From Octopus vulgaris (taxonomy: Eukaryota): 64,000 nt of DNA. This document shows, in pieces, positions 37,447-50,838 of this stretch; position 1 is the stretch's first letter; every line of letters starts with the position of its first letter. The notes below the pieces were generated by a model, which saw only the letters and a program-made list of their open reading frames with translations, did no database searches and had not been told where the DNA came from. The position numbers were made by a program, and so were the translations under genes. Where the stretch lies: positions 38,006,001-38,070,000 of the forward strand of contig OX597817.1 in the NCBI GenBank assembly GCA_951406725.2, read 5' to 3'.

Positions 37447-38099
37447 ATGATGGGTGTGGAAGAAAGAGAGAGAGAAAGTGAAGTGATTTCGCAATGCGAC
37501 AGTCATGGTGTCACTGACGCTAGTCGTGGTCTTTATAATCCATTTCTTTGCACGGCTACAGACGACAGTGTCATTACAGATCCATGATTTTTGTTCTTTT
37601 ATTACTTATTTATCTATCTTTTTCAGAGACGCAAATGACACAAGGAGAGAGAGTGAGAGAGAGGGTGAGAGAGAGGAGAAAGAAATAGATCTATAGAGAG
37701 GTAGATAGACATACTGGTAGATATATTGGTAAATTGGTTAACAGGTAGGTAGGTAAATAAGTAGATAGACAGGTAAGTAGGCAGGTTGTAGGGTGCGTAG
37801 TTAAGCAGGTAGGTGGGAAGGTTGATAGAGAGGTAGATAGATACTTAGGTGGATAGCTAGTTGGTCATACATATATATTTTACATACATACATACATACA
37901 TACATGCGCGCATGCATACACATAAATATTTACAAATATAAAGATAAATATTCAATGGTAGTACTGAAATTAAACGAGAGCATTTTTTTTTTGTTAATTG
38001 ACATAATTCGTTCAAAATGCACATGCTGGTACAGTAACTCTTCCTCTATAGTAACTTTCCTTGATCTCTATTGTAGACAAATAATGAGAAATAACGTGC

Positions 38100-39250
38100 C
38101 GTATCGAGTTATTCACGAAAGGGGTGTGCAGACTATCCGACATCTGGAGTTGTCGGACAGCTTGCTCGACTTTTCGTCGTTTACAAACAAGACACGATTG
38201 ACAAAAGCCATGATTGAAGTGTTTTTTTTTGTTTTTGTTTTTGTTTTTTTAAGGTGGAGTGGAAACTCTGCATTAAGAACAAACTACGCAATGAAAGAAT
38301 ATCAGCTGCAATCACTGACACAAATTGCTAATGAATGGATAAATTGATTTGCGCAGACAGACGAGTTACAATCCGTTTGCATTTTGCACAACTGGATTGT
38401 ATTCACCATGCATTACATAAGATAGTGAAAGACTTGGTACCAGAGGGTGTGAGCACTGCGGGAACATCAGCAGTTGACAACCGATTTGAAAGAAAGGACT
38501 GAAGTCTGTTCCGATCTGTTGGAAGCGTTTAAAGCCAATGGAGACAGTATTTTTCGATCTAGTGACAAGGGATGAAATGTGGCTGTATTTTTATGATCTA
38601 GAAACGAAGGCTTCATCCACAGAATAGCATCGCGTTGCTTCTCTGAAGGTTAAGAGATCCAAAAGCCAGCGATCGGCACAGAATGTCATAGTGACTGAGA
38701 TTTATTATTATTTTGTATTATTATCCTTGATTTGCTGGAATACGGTTGTACGGTGAACAGCAAGCGGTGCATTTAGTCATTTAAAAAGCTTACTGAAACC
38801 ATTAGGAGAAAGACCGAACAAGAATCGGAAAATGATCCACATTCACCATAACAATGCGCAACACATCCTTGGCAGCAAATCAGGCAATCGAACAATTGGG
38901 TTTAATCAGTAGTCTCTCATCCACCTTACAACCCGTATCTGATGCCCTCCGATTTCTGCAAGTTCGGATTAATGAAGGAGTCTTCGAAAATAATGATTTC
39001 ATGATGCTACGAGACAAAAGTGGCTTTGAAGAAGTGAGTACCAGAGTGCTCACCTCAATTTTAAAGAGGGATAAAGGAGTTGGATTCAATGATGCCGTAA
39101 ATGTATTGCTTCTGATGGAGGCTATAATGAATAATATTTTTGTAAAGAAGAAGGGTTACGAACATGTACAATTTGGATGACCTATAACAGTTAATAAAAT
39201 AAAATTAGGCTCAGTTTTACTTTACATTACTTAGGGAAGAATACTCGTAT
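38100..39250 (+). pseudogene. Near full-length degenerate mariner element
   Basis: VTRDEMWLYFYDLETK (VTGDETW), IHHNNAQH (HDNARPH), HPPYNPYLMPSDF (HPPYSPDLAPSD). Right end ...gaatactcgTA. Confidence 0.8.
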
Positions 39251-39259
39251 AAATATCCA

Positions 39260-39306
39260 GTTACAAAGATAAAGTGGAATATGCACAGGAGGATAAATAA
39301 ACACAG

Positions 39307-39340
<34 letters not shown>

Positions 39341-39680
39341 ACAGATATGCAGAGATATCAAAGTAGGTAAACATATATGATATACATCCAGGTAAACAAA
39401 GATTTAAACAAATACACATCCAAGTCAACATATAAACGGATAAATACACATGCAAGTGAATCTATCGAGATAAACACATCTAAGTAAATGAAAAATATAG
39501 ATGTGTACACATCCAGGAAAACAGATAAATAGCTTGATGCAGATAATGAGAAAAAATAGATGGATACCTATTCAGATAAGCAGACAAAGATATAGGCATA
39601 TACAGGTAAAAAGATAAAAGATGTAGAAGCAGGTAAATAGATATTTAAATAGTCACAAATGCAGGTAAACTGATATACAG
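39260..39680. repeat. Degenerate ~31-bp periodic repeat
   Basis: Recurring (t)acacatccaggtaaaca variants at ~39380, 39413, 39443, 39473, 39506. Similar motifs at 43200-43310. Confidence 0.55.
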
Positions 39681-39974
39681 ATATTCACACGCTCGCGCGT
39701 GTAATAATATATATATTATTTTCATGATTTATGTGGTGTTTTAAATATTTTTCTTTTTAACCAAAACAATGTAAGTTATAAATATTAATAATACATGTCG
39801 GTAGTTTGTATTCTTAGCTAATATTCAATATTTTAAGGTTGAGACCCCCTCAGGAAATTTACGGAGAAAAGTTTGCATAGCAGAGAAATCGGCTATTGAC
39901 ATTTTTTCTATGTAAATTTTCTGAAGAAAGGATCCTAATATTGAAATATTGAAATAATACTACTGTCCATCCAC

Positions 39975-40492
39975 CTGTAATCTGGAGGGTGGGGGCTACA
40001 TCTTCGAAATTCGCCGACCCAATGGTTTCCCTTCATAGCAGAATTAATAGTCAAGTCTATTTAAGCATTTTATCTGATCAAATTCATCCTATGGCTGCAG
40101 AACTATTTCCAGAGGGAAACACAATCTTTCAGGATGATAATGCACCAATTCACACAGCTAAAGTGTCACTGAGTGGTACGAGAACATTCTAGTGAAGTTG
40201 AACATCTTTCTGGCCACTACAGTCCCCAGATATCAATATTATTGAACATGTATGGCGCATTTTAGAAAAAACAAGTAAGGTGTCGATATCCTCCAACATC
40301 ATCACTACAAGAACTGGAGACTGTTTTAGCTGAAGAATGGACAAAAATTCCTTTGGAAACAATTCAAACTTTGTACGAGTCCATACCTCGTAGAATTCAA
40401 GGTGTAATTACTGCCAAAGGCGGTCCTACACCATATTAAAATAAATTTGTTTGAAATTTTAAGGGGGTTCCATTATTTTGTCCAATCCTTGT
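39975..40492 (+). mobile_element. Tc1 (DD34E) transposon 3' half with right TIR
   Basis: IFQDDNAPIHTAK, WPLQSPDINIIEHVW, C-terminal KGGPTPY*. End ...ttttgtccaatccttgTA. Confidence 0.9.
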
Positions 40493-41389
40493 ATATTTAA
40501 ATATGCGATGTAGGTGAACACATACAAACATATATATATATATATATATATATATCATATGCATTTAAAAGAGGCATATTGATAAACAGATGCGAATAAA
40601 CAAACACAGAGATACACAGACAGTTAAACAATTATATAGATATACATACGAGACTGGTAAATTGGTATTAATCCATGTAAGCATTCATTTATATCCAAAC
40701 GCGTCGATGTTTGTCTTTTTGTGTTGAAATAAATTTGCGTCAAGTTTTGCTAGGAGTCAGAAGCAACAAAGAATAATTCACGAATAGTAAGTAATTCCCC
40801 ATATTCGAGGTCTCTTTTGGGAATAAAACAAGAATGTGTCAAGGAAATGAATTGGTGTAGGGATGTTAGAGTAGGTAGAGAAATATCGTCACATGGTCGA
40901 GTCGAACTCTAGTTTTCTTTTACCTTCAGTCTTTCGTTTATCTCTCTCTCCCCTTCACACACACACATATGTATATACACGGTGAGATAGGAAGAGAAAG
41001 AGTATTTGTTTCTCCTGCTGTCGTCATTAAATCTTGCATATTTAAAAGTTGTATTTTGAAAAGTTAGTACATGGGTTCAAATAACTCGAGATATAAAAAT
41101 TATTTATTCTTTCAATGTTTTTATATTTAAATATGTTTCTTGGACAGATAATTTTTATAATGTATGAATGTATTCAAAAATTTATAACAATTAAGGAGCC
41201 GATTCACGGAGCACAAGCATATCTGAATATTTTAGAACTGTAGACATATCTAAACATGAAACAAGTGAAAGGAAAAATTGTTGCAGCTTCCACGATATTT
41301 GAAACCGCTAACCTACTGAAGGTGTGATTTTTTTTTTTTTAATGAAGAATCCTAATAACAACTGCTTTCAGTGTACGTTCTTTACATAT

Positions 41390-41600
41390 TGGTTTCAAAT
41401 TTTTGGCACAAGGCAAGCACTTTCAGGGAGTGGGTAAATCGATTACATCGACCCCAGTGTTCAACTGATACTTGTTTTATCGACCCCGAAAGGATGAAAG
41501 GCAAAGTCGACCTCGGCGGAATTTGAACTCAGAACGTAACGGCAGACGAAATGTCGCTAAGCATTTTGCCTGGCGTGCTGACGATTCTGCCAGCTTGCTG
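41390..41600 (-). mobile_element. SINE family B
   Basis: Reverse of gctggcagaatcgtcagcacgcc...ttgtgccaaaaatttgaaacc. Confidence 0.85.
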
Positions 41601-43491
41601 CATTGTCTTTATATATTTTATAGGAAATCTAATTGTCTTCCGATATTGTTATAAATAATGGTAGAGCACTTTGATATCAATATATGCTTGTTAATATATT
41701 TGTATTTAAATGTGAAACAATCAAAGAATAAATTACTTTAAATCTTTTATGGCATTTGAAACTGCTTTTTAAACGAGGAATGTTAATAAAATATTTAAAA
41801 CTGCTGCACAATATTCATGGTCTAACTTCATTGGATCAACCTCAAGACAGTTGTTTGATTGTTTGTGTAACATCCCGCAAAGCTTTCCACAGAAGATTTC
41901 TTTTAGAAAATAATGAGCAATACCCTAGAAGTTGTTGCAGTCCAGCATATTCTAAGTAAGATGAAGAACCACTTTGCTATCATTTTCTGTGCCTGTTCGC
42001 CGTCCAGCCTTCAGTCTATTTTGGCATAATCAACAAGAACAGCTTGACAGAATTAAGTACATGTGCAAAAACATCAATACTATGATTGTACAATCAAGAA
42101 CTGTTCCCCATTGGAAATATTGTACAGTCCGTGGCTGTTAAGGATCTTGAACAGAGTACTAATATTTACTAAAGCTCTATCTCTCAGTCAAGAGATTCCT
42201 TAGGCAACCGTCTTTGATATGCAACAACTGGAGCAATATGACCACCAAAAACTCTAATTTCTTTATTTGGCGCCACGGCCACAACACAGAGGGGGACATA
42301 AAACGAATGAGAATGAAATGTTATATAAAAATGAAGAAATGAAATGGCTGCATGGGCCCCATTCCCATGCAGTACCATTTGAACGTTTTATACACACTAT
42401 TTATAATCGTTCTATTTTTCTATTGTTTTTTCTTAATCATTATTTTTTCTCTATTTTTTTTTACATGAAACACTACCACCAAAAACACTGACATTTACAA
42501 AAGTAACAACTAAGACTCTTATACCTCAGCGGTCGAAGCCACCATTATGATTAGTTGTGCCAAAGGAAAAGCTGTTTTCATTTTACATATTTCTGCATCA
42601 CATCCGATATTTTTTCCAAGTAAAGCGTCTTCAGTTTTCATTCCTTTTTACATCTACAACCATTCAACATGCCGCAAAAACAGCCTCTAAGATTGCCAGA
42701 GAGGAACAAACGGGTCTATGTTTCTCTCATGGTTAGTTGTAGAAATCATGCTCATATGTTTGGTCAACCAGGCCACTTTTCAGCAGAGCACTAAACCACA
42801 GAATAAGAAATGTTGTCTACTCCAGAGCTCTTGCTTAATAAAACATATTTCTGTTTCAAATGTTGCAATGAATTAAGAATAACAAATACAGATAGCATCT
42901 TTTTCTCTCCCAAAATTAAAACAACCGATAAACACAGCCTTTAAAACTGCACGTATAGAAAATCGGAAACTTTAGACATGTATCTGCATTAAAGTAAAAA
43001 TACTTTCAACAATAATTATGTATAAAAGCCGTTTAACAAAAATAAAAGTTTCTAAATAATCGGCACCCAAGCGATGCAGGGTACCTCTTCTATTATGAGT
43101 GCGTGTATGTACGTGTACTTGGAGATAAACATATGCAGATATACGTGCAGAAAAACGTAGAAATAAGTACACTTTCGCGGAAATATATGAAAAGATACAG
43201 CTACATCCGGGCAAACAATTAAATCGGTAGACAGGCATATAGATAGACAAGTAGATATACACATATCCGGGTAAATAAATAACTAGGCAGTAGTCGCCCA
43301 AGTGAAGAGATACATACATATATATATATACACACACACACACACAGATGGACTGAAAGGAGGAAGACAGATTGACATACTGAAAGATAAGCAGACTGAT
43401 TGACATATTAATAAGAGTGCATAAAAAAAAAAAAACTAAACATGGTTATTCTTCTCCTTGTTTTCTTAATGGTGATGTTCATTGTGTAGAT

Positions 43492-44246
43492 CAGTGCTTA
43501 TGAACAGGGGTTCATATGGCCCCTCAGGGTCCATATAAGATTTTAGTGTGGAGGAGGGGTCAGACAACAAAACAGTAAATTGGAGATCCACGATATACTC
43601 TTTTTCTTTTATTCTTTTACTTGTTTCAGTCATTTGACTGTGGCCATGCTGGAGCACTGCCTTTAGTCGAGCAAATCGACCCCAGGACTTATTCATTGTA
43701 AGCCTAGTACTTATTCTATCGGGGTCTTTTGCCGAACCGCTAAGTTAAGGGGACGTAAATACCCCAGCATCCGTTGTCAAGCGATGCTGGGGGACAAACG
43801 CAGACATACACACACACACACAGACACACACACAATCATATATATATATATACATACATATATACAACGGTTTTCTTTCAGTTTCCGTCTACCAAATCTA
43901 CTCACAAAGCTTTGGTCGACCCGAGACTATAGTAGAAGACACTTGCCCAGTGGAACCTGGAACCATGTGGTTCGTAAGCAAGCTACTTACCACACAGCCA
44001 CTCCTACGCCTATATTCTAAGAGCTCCTAAAATCCTTTTGCTTTAGATGTATTTATTGGTTATGTAAGAAACAGCTGGGTTTCTTTCTCTAACATTTTAC
44101 ATAGTTCAACCTACACAGGTTAATATGTGAAAAACAAAATAGCAATTTGTAAAACTAGTTTTTAAACATAGAATGGCTGTGGGAGACCACCAGAATAAAA
44201 TAGTAATCACAAGGATCCATAGGTAAAGAATGGTTGGGAACCACTG
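43492..44246. mobile_element. hAT MITE with a nested family-A SINE
   Basis: CAGTG...CCACTG termini. Perfect 8-bp TSD GTGTAGAT (43484-43491, 44247-44254). Confidence 0.85.
43600..44010 (-). mobile_element. SINE family A nested in the hAT MITE
   Basis: Reverse complement of family A. Flanks tatactct/tatattct. Confidence 0.9.
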
Positions 44247-44455
44247 GTGTAGATGAAGATGATTAAATTTTAAGGGACTGGTTAATTGATGGTTCTACCA
44301 ACGTTCAGTAACTAAAAATCTTTTCTAGTTTCTTTCATTCCTAAAGCTTCTCTTATTAAGGGGTTAATTGCTACCATCAGCCTTCGCATAAACTTTTACT
44401 TTCGTTTCTAAGTCTTTATATTTTCATTATTTCTCAATATTTTCCCAAGAAATAA

Positions 44456-44915
44456 GGCGGCGAGCTGGCATAAACGTTAGCACGCCGGGCGAAATGCTAA
44501 ACGGTTTTTCGTCTGCCGCTACGTTCTGAGTTCAAATTCTGCCGAGGTCGACTTGGTCTTTCATCCTTTCGGGGTCGATTAAATAAGTACCAGTTACGCA
44601 CTGGGATCGATATAATCGACTTAATCCGTTTGTCTGTCATTGTTTGTCCTCTCTGTGTTTAGCCTCCTGTGGATAGTAAAGAAATAGGTATTTCGTCTTT
44701 CTTTACTTTCGAAGTTCAAATTCCGCCGAGGTTGACTTCGCTATTTATCCTTTCGAGGTCGATAAATTAAGTACCAGTTGCGTACTGGGATCCATCTATT
44801 TGATTGGCCCTCTCCCCCAAAATTTCGGGCCTTGTGCCTAGAGTAGGAAAGATTATTATAATACTTATTAAAGGCAGCGAGCTGACAGAAACCTTGTGCC
44901 TAGAGTAGAAAAGAA
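44456..44915 (+). mobile_element. SINE family B dimer plus short head-tail remnant
   Basis: As 35558-35953. The remnant aaggcagcgagctgacagaaaccttgtgcctagagtag is at 44871-44915. Confidence 0.85.
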
Positions 44916-44990
44916 TATTTTCCCAAGTAATGTCTAAAACCGGTAATGATTTGGTGGTTTGTATCAATTTATGTGTTAGTTTGTTTAAAG

Positions 44991-45228
44991 CAGTGGTTCT
45001 CAACCATTTTCCCTCTATGGACTCCTTTGATTCAAATTTTATTCTGACGGACCCCCATGTTGAAAATAATCTTATTCTGTTTGTATAATTAGATATTATT
45101 TGGGATTGCACAGAAATTGATAAGATATTTTGCGTATTGTAGAAATATAACTTATTGCTCATAAACTTTAACAACAAAATCTTATATGGATCCCTAAGAG
45201 TTATATAGATCCCAGTTTAGGATCACTA
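44991..45228. mobile_element. Older hAT MITE related to 43492-44246
   Basis: CAGTGGTTCTCAACC left end, degenerate right end. TSD GTTTAAAG/GTTTAGAT (6/8). Confidence 0.6.
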
Positions 45229-45900
45229 GTTTAGATTTTTGTGACTTGATTAGTTTCAGGGGCAGTGTTCAGTGAATGATCATGCTATCTGTTGTCCGTT
45301 CGAATTTATTGTTGCCGTGTTTAACTTGATGGTTAGACCTGATGAACCTCAAAGGAAATACTGACTTGCAGTGAGGGCGCTTCCGTTAGCCGTCCACGGA
45401 GTGAACTCATCCGTCATACAGTTGCGTCTAAGTCCGTAGAGGTGGACACTTGAAAATGTAGATATGTACGACCAGATCAGATCTTAAATCGATATTTAGC
45501 CCTCTCATATTTGGTGTCACTCCCCACCCACACAAATATATATGCGTGTGTGCGTATGTGTGTGTGTTTTGGCCTCCCACCACTGCTTGATAACAAGTGT
45601 TTGTTTGTTTATGTCCCCGTATTTAGCGGTTCGGCAAAAGAGAAAAATAGAATTAGTACAAGACTTTAAAAGCTATTTGGGTCTATTTTCTCAACTAAAC
45701 CCTTTAAGGCAGTGTTCCAGCATGACCACAGTTCAAAGAATGGCACAAAAAAAAAAGATAAAATAGAGTGTGATTTAGAGTAGATTTATTTTGTTGCTAT
45801 TTCCAGCAGATGTAGAAAGCATAAAAAGCTTCATCACCTCATTGGATTGTCCTAACTTGTTTGTTACCTATTTAAGTTTGGCAATATTTACCTACCAAAA

Positions 45901-46705
45901 GGCGGCGAGCAGGCAGACTCGTTAGCACGCCGGCAAAATGCTTAGCGGCATTTCATTCCCCTTTACGTTCTGAGTTCGAATTCCTTTGTCTTTCATCCAT
46001 TTGGGGTCGATAATTTAAGTACCAGTTGAGCACTGAGGTCGATTAAATTGATTTACCCTTCCTTTGGAATTTTTGGCCCTGTGCCAAAACTTGAAACCAA
46101 TATTCATCTACTGCTCAGTAGATATAACGACGGTTGTATTTGTGCAGGTATTCTGACTTAGCCAAACTGGATGGCTTTCCATATAAATATCAATTATTTC
46201 TCAGTACACACTGTAGATAACCAGTTCTCATTTGAGTAGCAATATTTTATTGATAGTAAGGCGGCGAGCTGTCAGAATCATTAGCATGCCGGGCAAAATG
46301 CTTTGCGGCATTTCGTCTGTCTTTACATTCTGAGTTTAAGTGCCGCCGAGGTCGACTTTGCCTTTCATCTTTTCGGGGGTCGATAAATTAAGTACCAGTT
46401 GCGTACTGGAGTGAATCTAATCGACTGGCCCCCTCCTCCAAAATTTCAGGCCTTGTGCCTAGATTAGAAAAGAATATTTTATTTATAGTAAGGCGGCGAG
46501 TTGGCAGAATCATTAGCACGCCGGGCAAAATGTTTTGCGGCATTTCGTCCATCTTCATGTTCTGAGTTCAAATTCCACCGAGGCCGACTTTGCCTTTCAT
46601 CCATTTCGGGTTCGATAAAATAAGTACCAGTTAGACACTGGGGTAGACGTAATTGACTTATCTCCCTCCCCCGAAATTGCTGGTTGTGTGCCAAAATTTG
46701 AAATC
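45901..46705 (+). mobile_element. Cluster of three family-B SINEs (45901-46100, 46258-46472, 46490-46705)
   Basis: Three ggcggcgag heads. The last two are separated and flanked by copies of aatatt(t)tatt(g/t)atagt. Confidence 0.85.
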
Positions 46706-48235
46706 AATATTTATTGATAGTGTCATATAGGTAAACTTTGCTTTTGTTTCAATGGTTGCAAATCCTTTTGATTTAGCTTTTAAACCAGAACTGTTAAGAA
46801 TTTCGGATTTTCGAAATTCACCCAATTTTGTCGCAGGGCCAACAATTACGGGGTAGGGGTAAGTCGCCGCCTTAGCGTAGATATAAACATTAAAAAAAAA
46901 AGGCATTCACATCTTAACTTAAGACTATTGGTCTGAAAGATCATAATTGTATACATCATTATGTTTACATTGAATCCCTTATGTCAGCTCTGTTTGAGCA
47001 GACTTATACTGTCAATTAGTGTTGTTGTAGTTCAGATAACCCTACTGAAGCAAAGCTATCATCTCAGGTTATATTACAGCTGTGGCCGTTCCGTCTTTTT
47101 ATTTCATATACAATGTGCCTTGGACTATAACTATTCAATGACTTTTCTTTTTCAATAGAGTAAGGCATAATCTGAGAGAAGCTTGGTTGCTATTTCCTGT
47201 GTGGAGCAGAAATTCTTAACCGTTTCGAATAATGGCTGAAAGTAGGTCATGATTTTAAGATGGCAACCAAAACTCATTTCATGATAAAACTAATGAATTG
47301 AATTCATTCTATTCACCGTATTTTTTTCTTTTTCTAGTATATTTAATATAAAAGTAAATAAAGTGAAGTGATTTAATATTTAATTAACAATGAAATGCTG
47401 ATTTCGTACTATAAAATAGGAAAATGGCGAATAATTTCGCCCGATTTTCTCCGTAACCTTATCAAACACTGAAAATGAATTTTATTGCATCAAAACTGAA
47501 TCTGCAACTGAGAATAGTTAATTAACTTTACAATTATGGTGATTTCCTAAATTTATTTTTCGAGACTATTTATTATATGAAAATAGATGTTGATTAACGT
47601 CACAAAAATTATTGAAGTCTTGTGTACTTCAATAATAGTTGTATGGCCTATCACTGCACCATTTAATAGCTTCAATTTTTGCTTTAAAATTATGTTCCCC
47701 ATTGCGAAGACACGGCGGAATTTTGGAACGTTTTACAAAGATAGTTTTACGTCGAGATCTAATTAGTAAATAGCCGTGTTCATAACTTAGCAAGTTACGT
47801 TCACTACTCATGCTCTGTACACTCCCGCCATATAAGTTCCAAAACTCTTTACTTTCTTTATAATGAAACTATATGCACATTTATGCAGTTTAATGAGAAT
47901 CATGACTTTTGACAAGCTTAGAAGGTTTATCCAGGCTTGATTTTATCCTCAGGTTGCAATCTATCCCTCAGCTACGATTTAATTTCTTAGTACTGAAAGC
48001 CTCGATTTTCACTGATAGATTAAAGTAAAGGGAAGAATGTTTCTTCAAAGCTTCATTTCCTACAAATAAGTTTTTTTTTTCTATACTCCAGTAGAATGCA
48101 TAGATGAATTAGAGGATTTTTATTGAAATTATAACTATCACATCATTTTGAACTTCAATAAATTGTTCTTGAAATTCATTAATGTTAGAAGAACCCCATG
48201 CAAATCGTTAATGTCATGACTAAATGGCAGTAGCA

Positions 48236-48575
48236 TGGGAGACCCCCTTCGGTCATGAATGACCATGGGATTGCACCTAGAAAGTTACCCTCCGAGGTAC
48301 AAGTCCGGGCAAGGTTGTTTATGGAAGGCCAGCAGTCACCCATGCATACCAGTCTTCCCTCTCCACACCACTGATGTTATCCAAGGGAAAAGGCAAAGGC
48401 CGATACAGCTTGACACCAGTGATGTCGCAACTCATTTCTGCAGCTGAGTTAACTGGAGCAACGTGAAATAAAGTATCTTGCTCAAGAACACAACACGCAG
48501 CCCGGTCCGGGAATCGAACTCACAACCTCACGATCGTAAGCTCGACGCTCTAACCACTGGGCCATGCGCCTTCAC
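48236..48575 (-). mobile_element. tRNA-derived SINE family D, full length
   Basis: Reverse head ggcgcatggcccagtggttagagc...gttcgattcc. 14-bp TSD AAATGGCAGTAGCA (48222-48235, 48576-48589). Confidence 0.9.
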
Positions 48576-50838
48576 AAATGGCAGTAGCACACGGTTGTAT
48601 TTCCTAGCATTTTCTATTGAAATAAAGATACAAAACTTCAGCTTCAGCTTTTCTTTAGGAGCATTTATCTTCCCTATTAAACCAATAACTGTTTGATCAC
48701 AGCTTTGTAAAAGGATATTTAAATCATCTAATTCAGAAAAAATATTAGAATGACATGCTAGCCGAACTACCCACTTGGTATCAGAACATATTCAAGAGAA
48801 ATGATATTTTTTTTTCTTTGAGATAAAAAGAAACATTTCTTCTTCACTTCGAGCGACAAACTCACAACAAAACTTTTCCGTAAGAAAACCATCTGATGTC
48901 TGAGCAATGTAGAAAACGTTCATAATTCTGATATTGAAAGATTTTTGACTTTATAAAAATGTTTATAATCTGAACGCTGCCATTCATTATCAGCACACAG
49001 TTACAAAGATAAACTTTTTGAAGCAGGATTTTCTCTATGTAAAAAATAAAGTGGTAAACTTTAATATGAAACTCAATTTCATTCACTTTTCTGCACGACT
49101 CTTGATGAGCATTTCAGGTGCACCAGCTGTGCCTACATACACCTAAACAATCTAGCATAATATCTCTCTCTCTTACTCTTTCATTCTTTTTTTCTTTTTC
49201 ATCGTGGTTTCACACATAAACTATCAGTTGAACCTATTTATGCTGAACAATCGACTAATCTTGCTGAATACTAAAAACTCCACTTGTTTTTATTACAGAA
49301 ATCTGTTGCTCTTTAAGATTTCTCGAAATATCAGCAATACAACAACAGACTATATTGCAGCTTCTTAGTAAAATTATTTCTAAATGTAATATAAACCAAA
49401 TTAAAAGTTCTTGGTCTTATCTAGCTGCATTAAACGCTTTGATTTTTCTATCTACTAAAAAAAATAGTATAATACAAATGTAGGTTTTTAGTTTGTTTTT
49501 CTGTTTGGCCAATGAAATATATTACTACTGTTCAAACCACCCAATGGATATTGTTTTACCTTTTGCTTTTTATTTCTTCTTTCAAATGCAAACTTTTCTT
49601 TTACTATAAATTTTTTAAAAAATTTTTCGTCTTCAAATGCCGTTTTAGCTTCCGTTCCAACGATTCGATATTTAATACTTGACAACCAATCACATACTGT
49701 GGCTTGACCTTTACATGATAGTAATACGATAGTAATATGTAAAACCCAACTCCAAAAATTCGTTTTTATATTCATTTTTTGACGTTATGGGGTAAAACAA
49801 TTAGTACAGAATAATTAACAAGCATAAAGAAAATATAAAGTAAAAACTATTTTAACAAACAATGAAGCAATTTGAGGTAGTTCTCTTTGTCAAGTATTCA
49901 AATTTCGACTCTGGGGTTGATAAGGGCACCCGTAGTAGGGTTGCTATATCGTCTTCACAGTTGCATACACATGCACTAGGACTATTTTACTTCTTTAATT
50001 TTATTAGCCAAGTGGTTAGCCACTTAACCAATTAACTAATCGATTGTTTAATTAATTTGATTAATTGTTTAATGAATTGATCAATCATCTTGATCTATCA
50101 AAATCTCTTCTTCGCCATTCGCCAGCTCATCGATGACATACCGTCTCTACTCCAAAGCTACTCCTTTTCCAATAAAAATCATTTTCATTATTTATCACCG
50201 TCTTTATCGTGTCAATATCTAATTTTTAAAACTTTCATGTAAAGAATAAATAACAAAGATAATGCATATGTTATAATTTCAACAATTAAAAACAATAAAC
50301 AAAAAACGTCGCACTTCATTTTTTATTCATAATTGTTCGCAGTTTCATGAATTTTTAATTACAATTTCCTAGTCAAACTTTTTGATTAAAAAATTTAAAA
50401 AGTAAATATATTTTTAGTGATTATCAAATACATTGATAGCCCAAACGGAAGTAAAAACATTCATAATAAACAGTATCATTACTCGAAAATATTTTGCACT
50501 TTCATCAAAGATAAATATCTGAAATTTGCATCACGACATACCTGTAAAAAATGATGACCTACCTCTGGAATCCAGTGCGACTTTGAGGCTGAAAAATATT
50601 GGTTTTGAGGCTCCCTCATTGGCTGGGTCGTTAATTTTGTTTTTCAGCCTCAGTTCAGCGTTAAACCAAGTAAACCTGTCATCAAAAGCGTACCAGTCAC
50701 GGCCATCCTGTATTTCTATGTGTGTATTTACATACATGCATATACACTTACGTGTGCATGCATGTATATATGTATGTAAATATATGTGTGTGTTTGTGTG
50801 TAAAATGTATGTATTATGTAGTATATGTATGTAGGTTA

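Noticed and set aside
45332-45432. Possible hammerhead (ttagac-CTGATGA-acctca...tgagg...gtctaa)
   Set aside because: Putative stems I and II exist, but there is no GAAA after stem II and no UH cleavage site in the correct position.
49488-49775. Minus-strand ORF with GQATVCDW resembling a pogo/Tigger HTH
   Set aside because: A single short motif with no downstream DDE blocks or TIRs recognised, which is insufficient to call.
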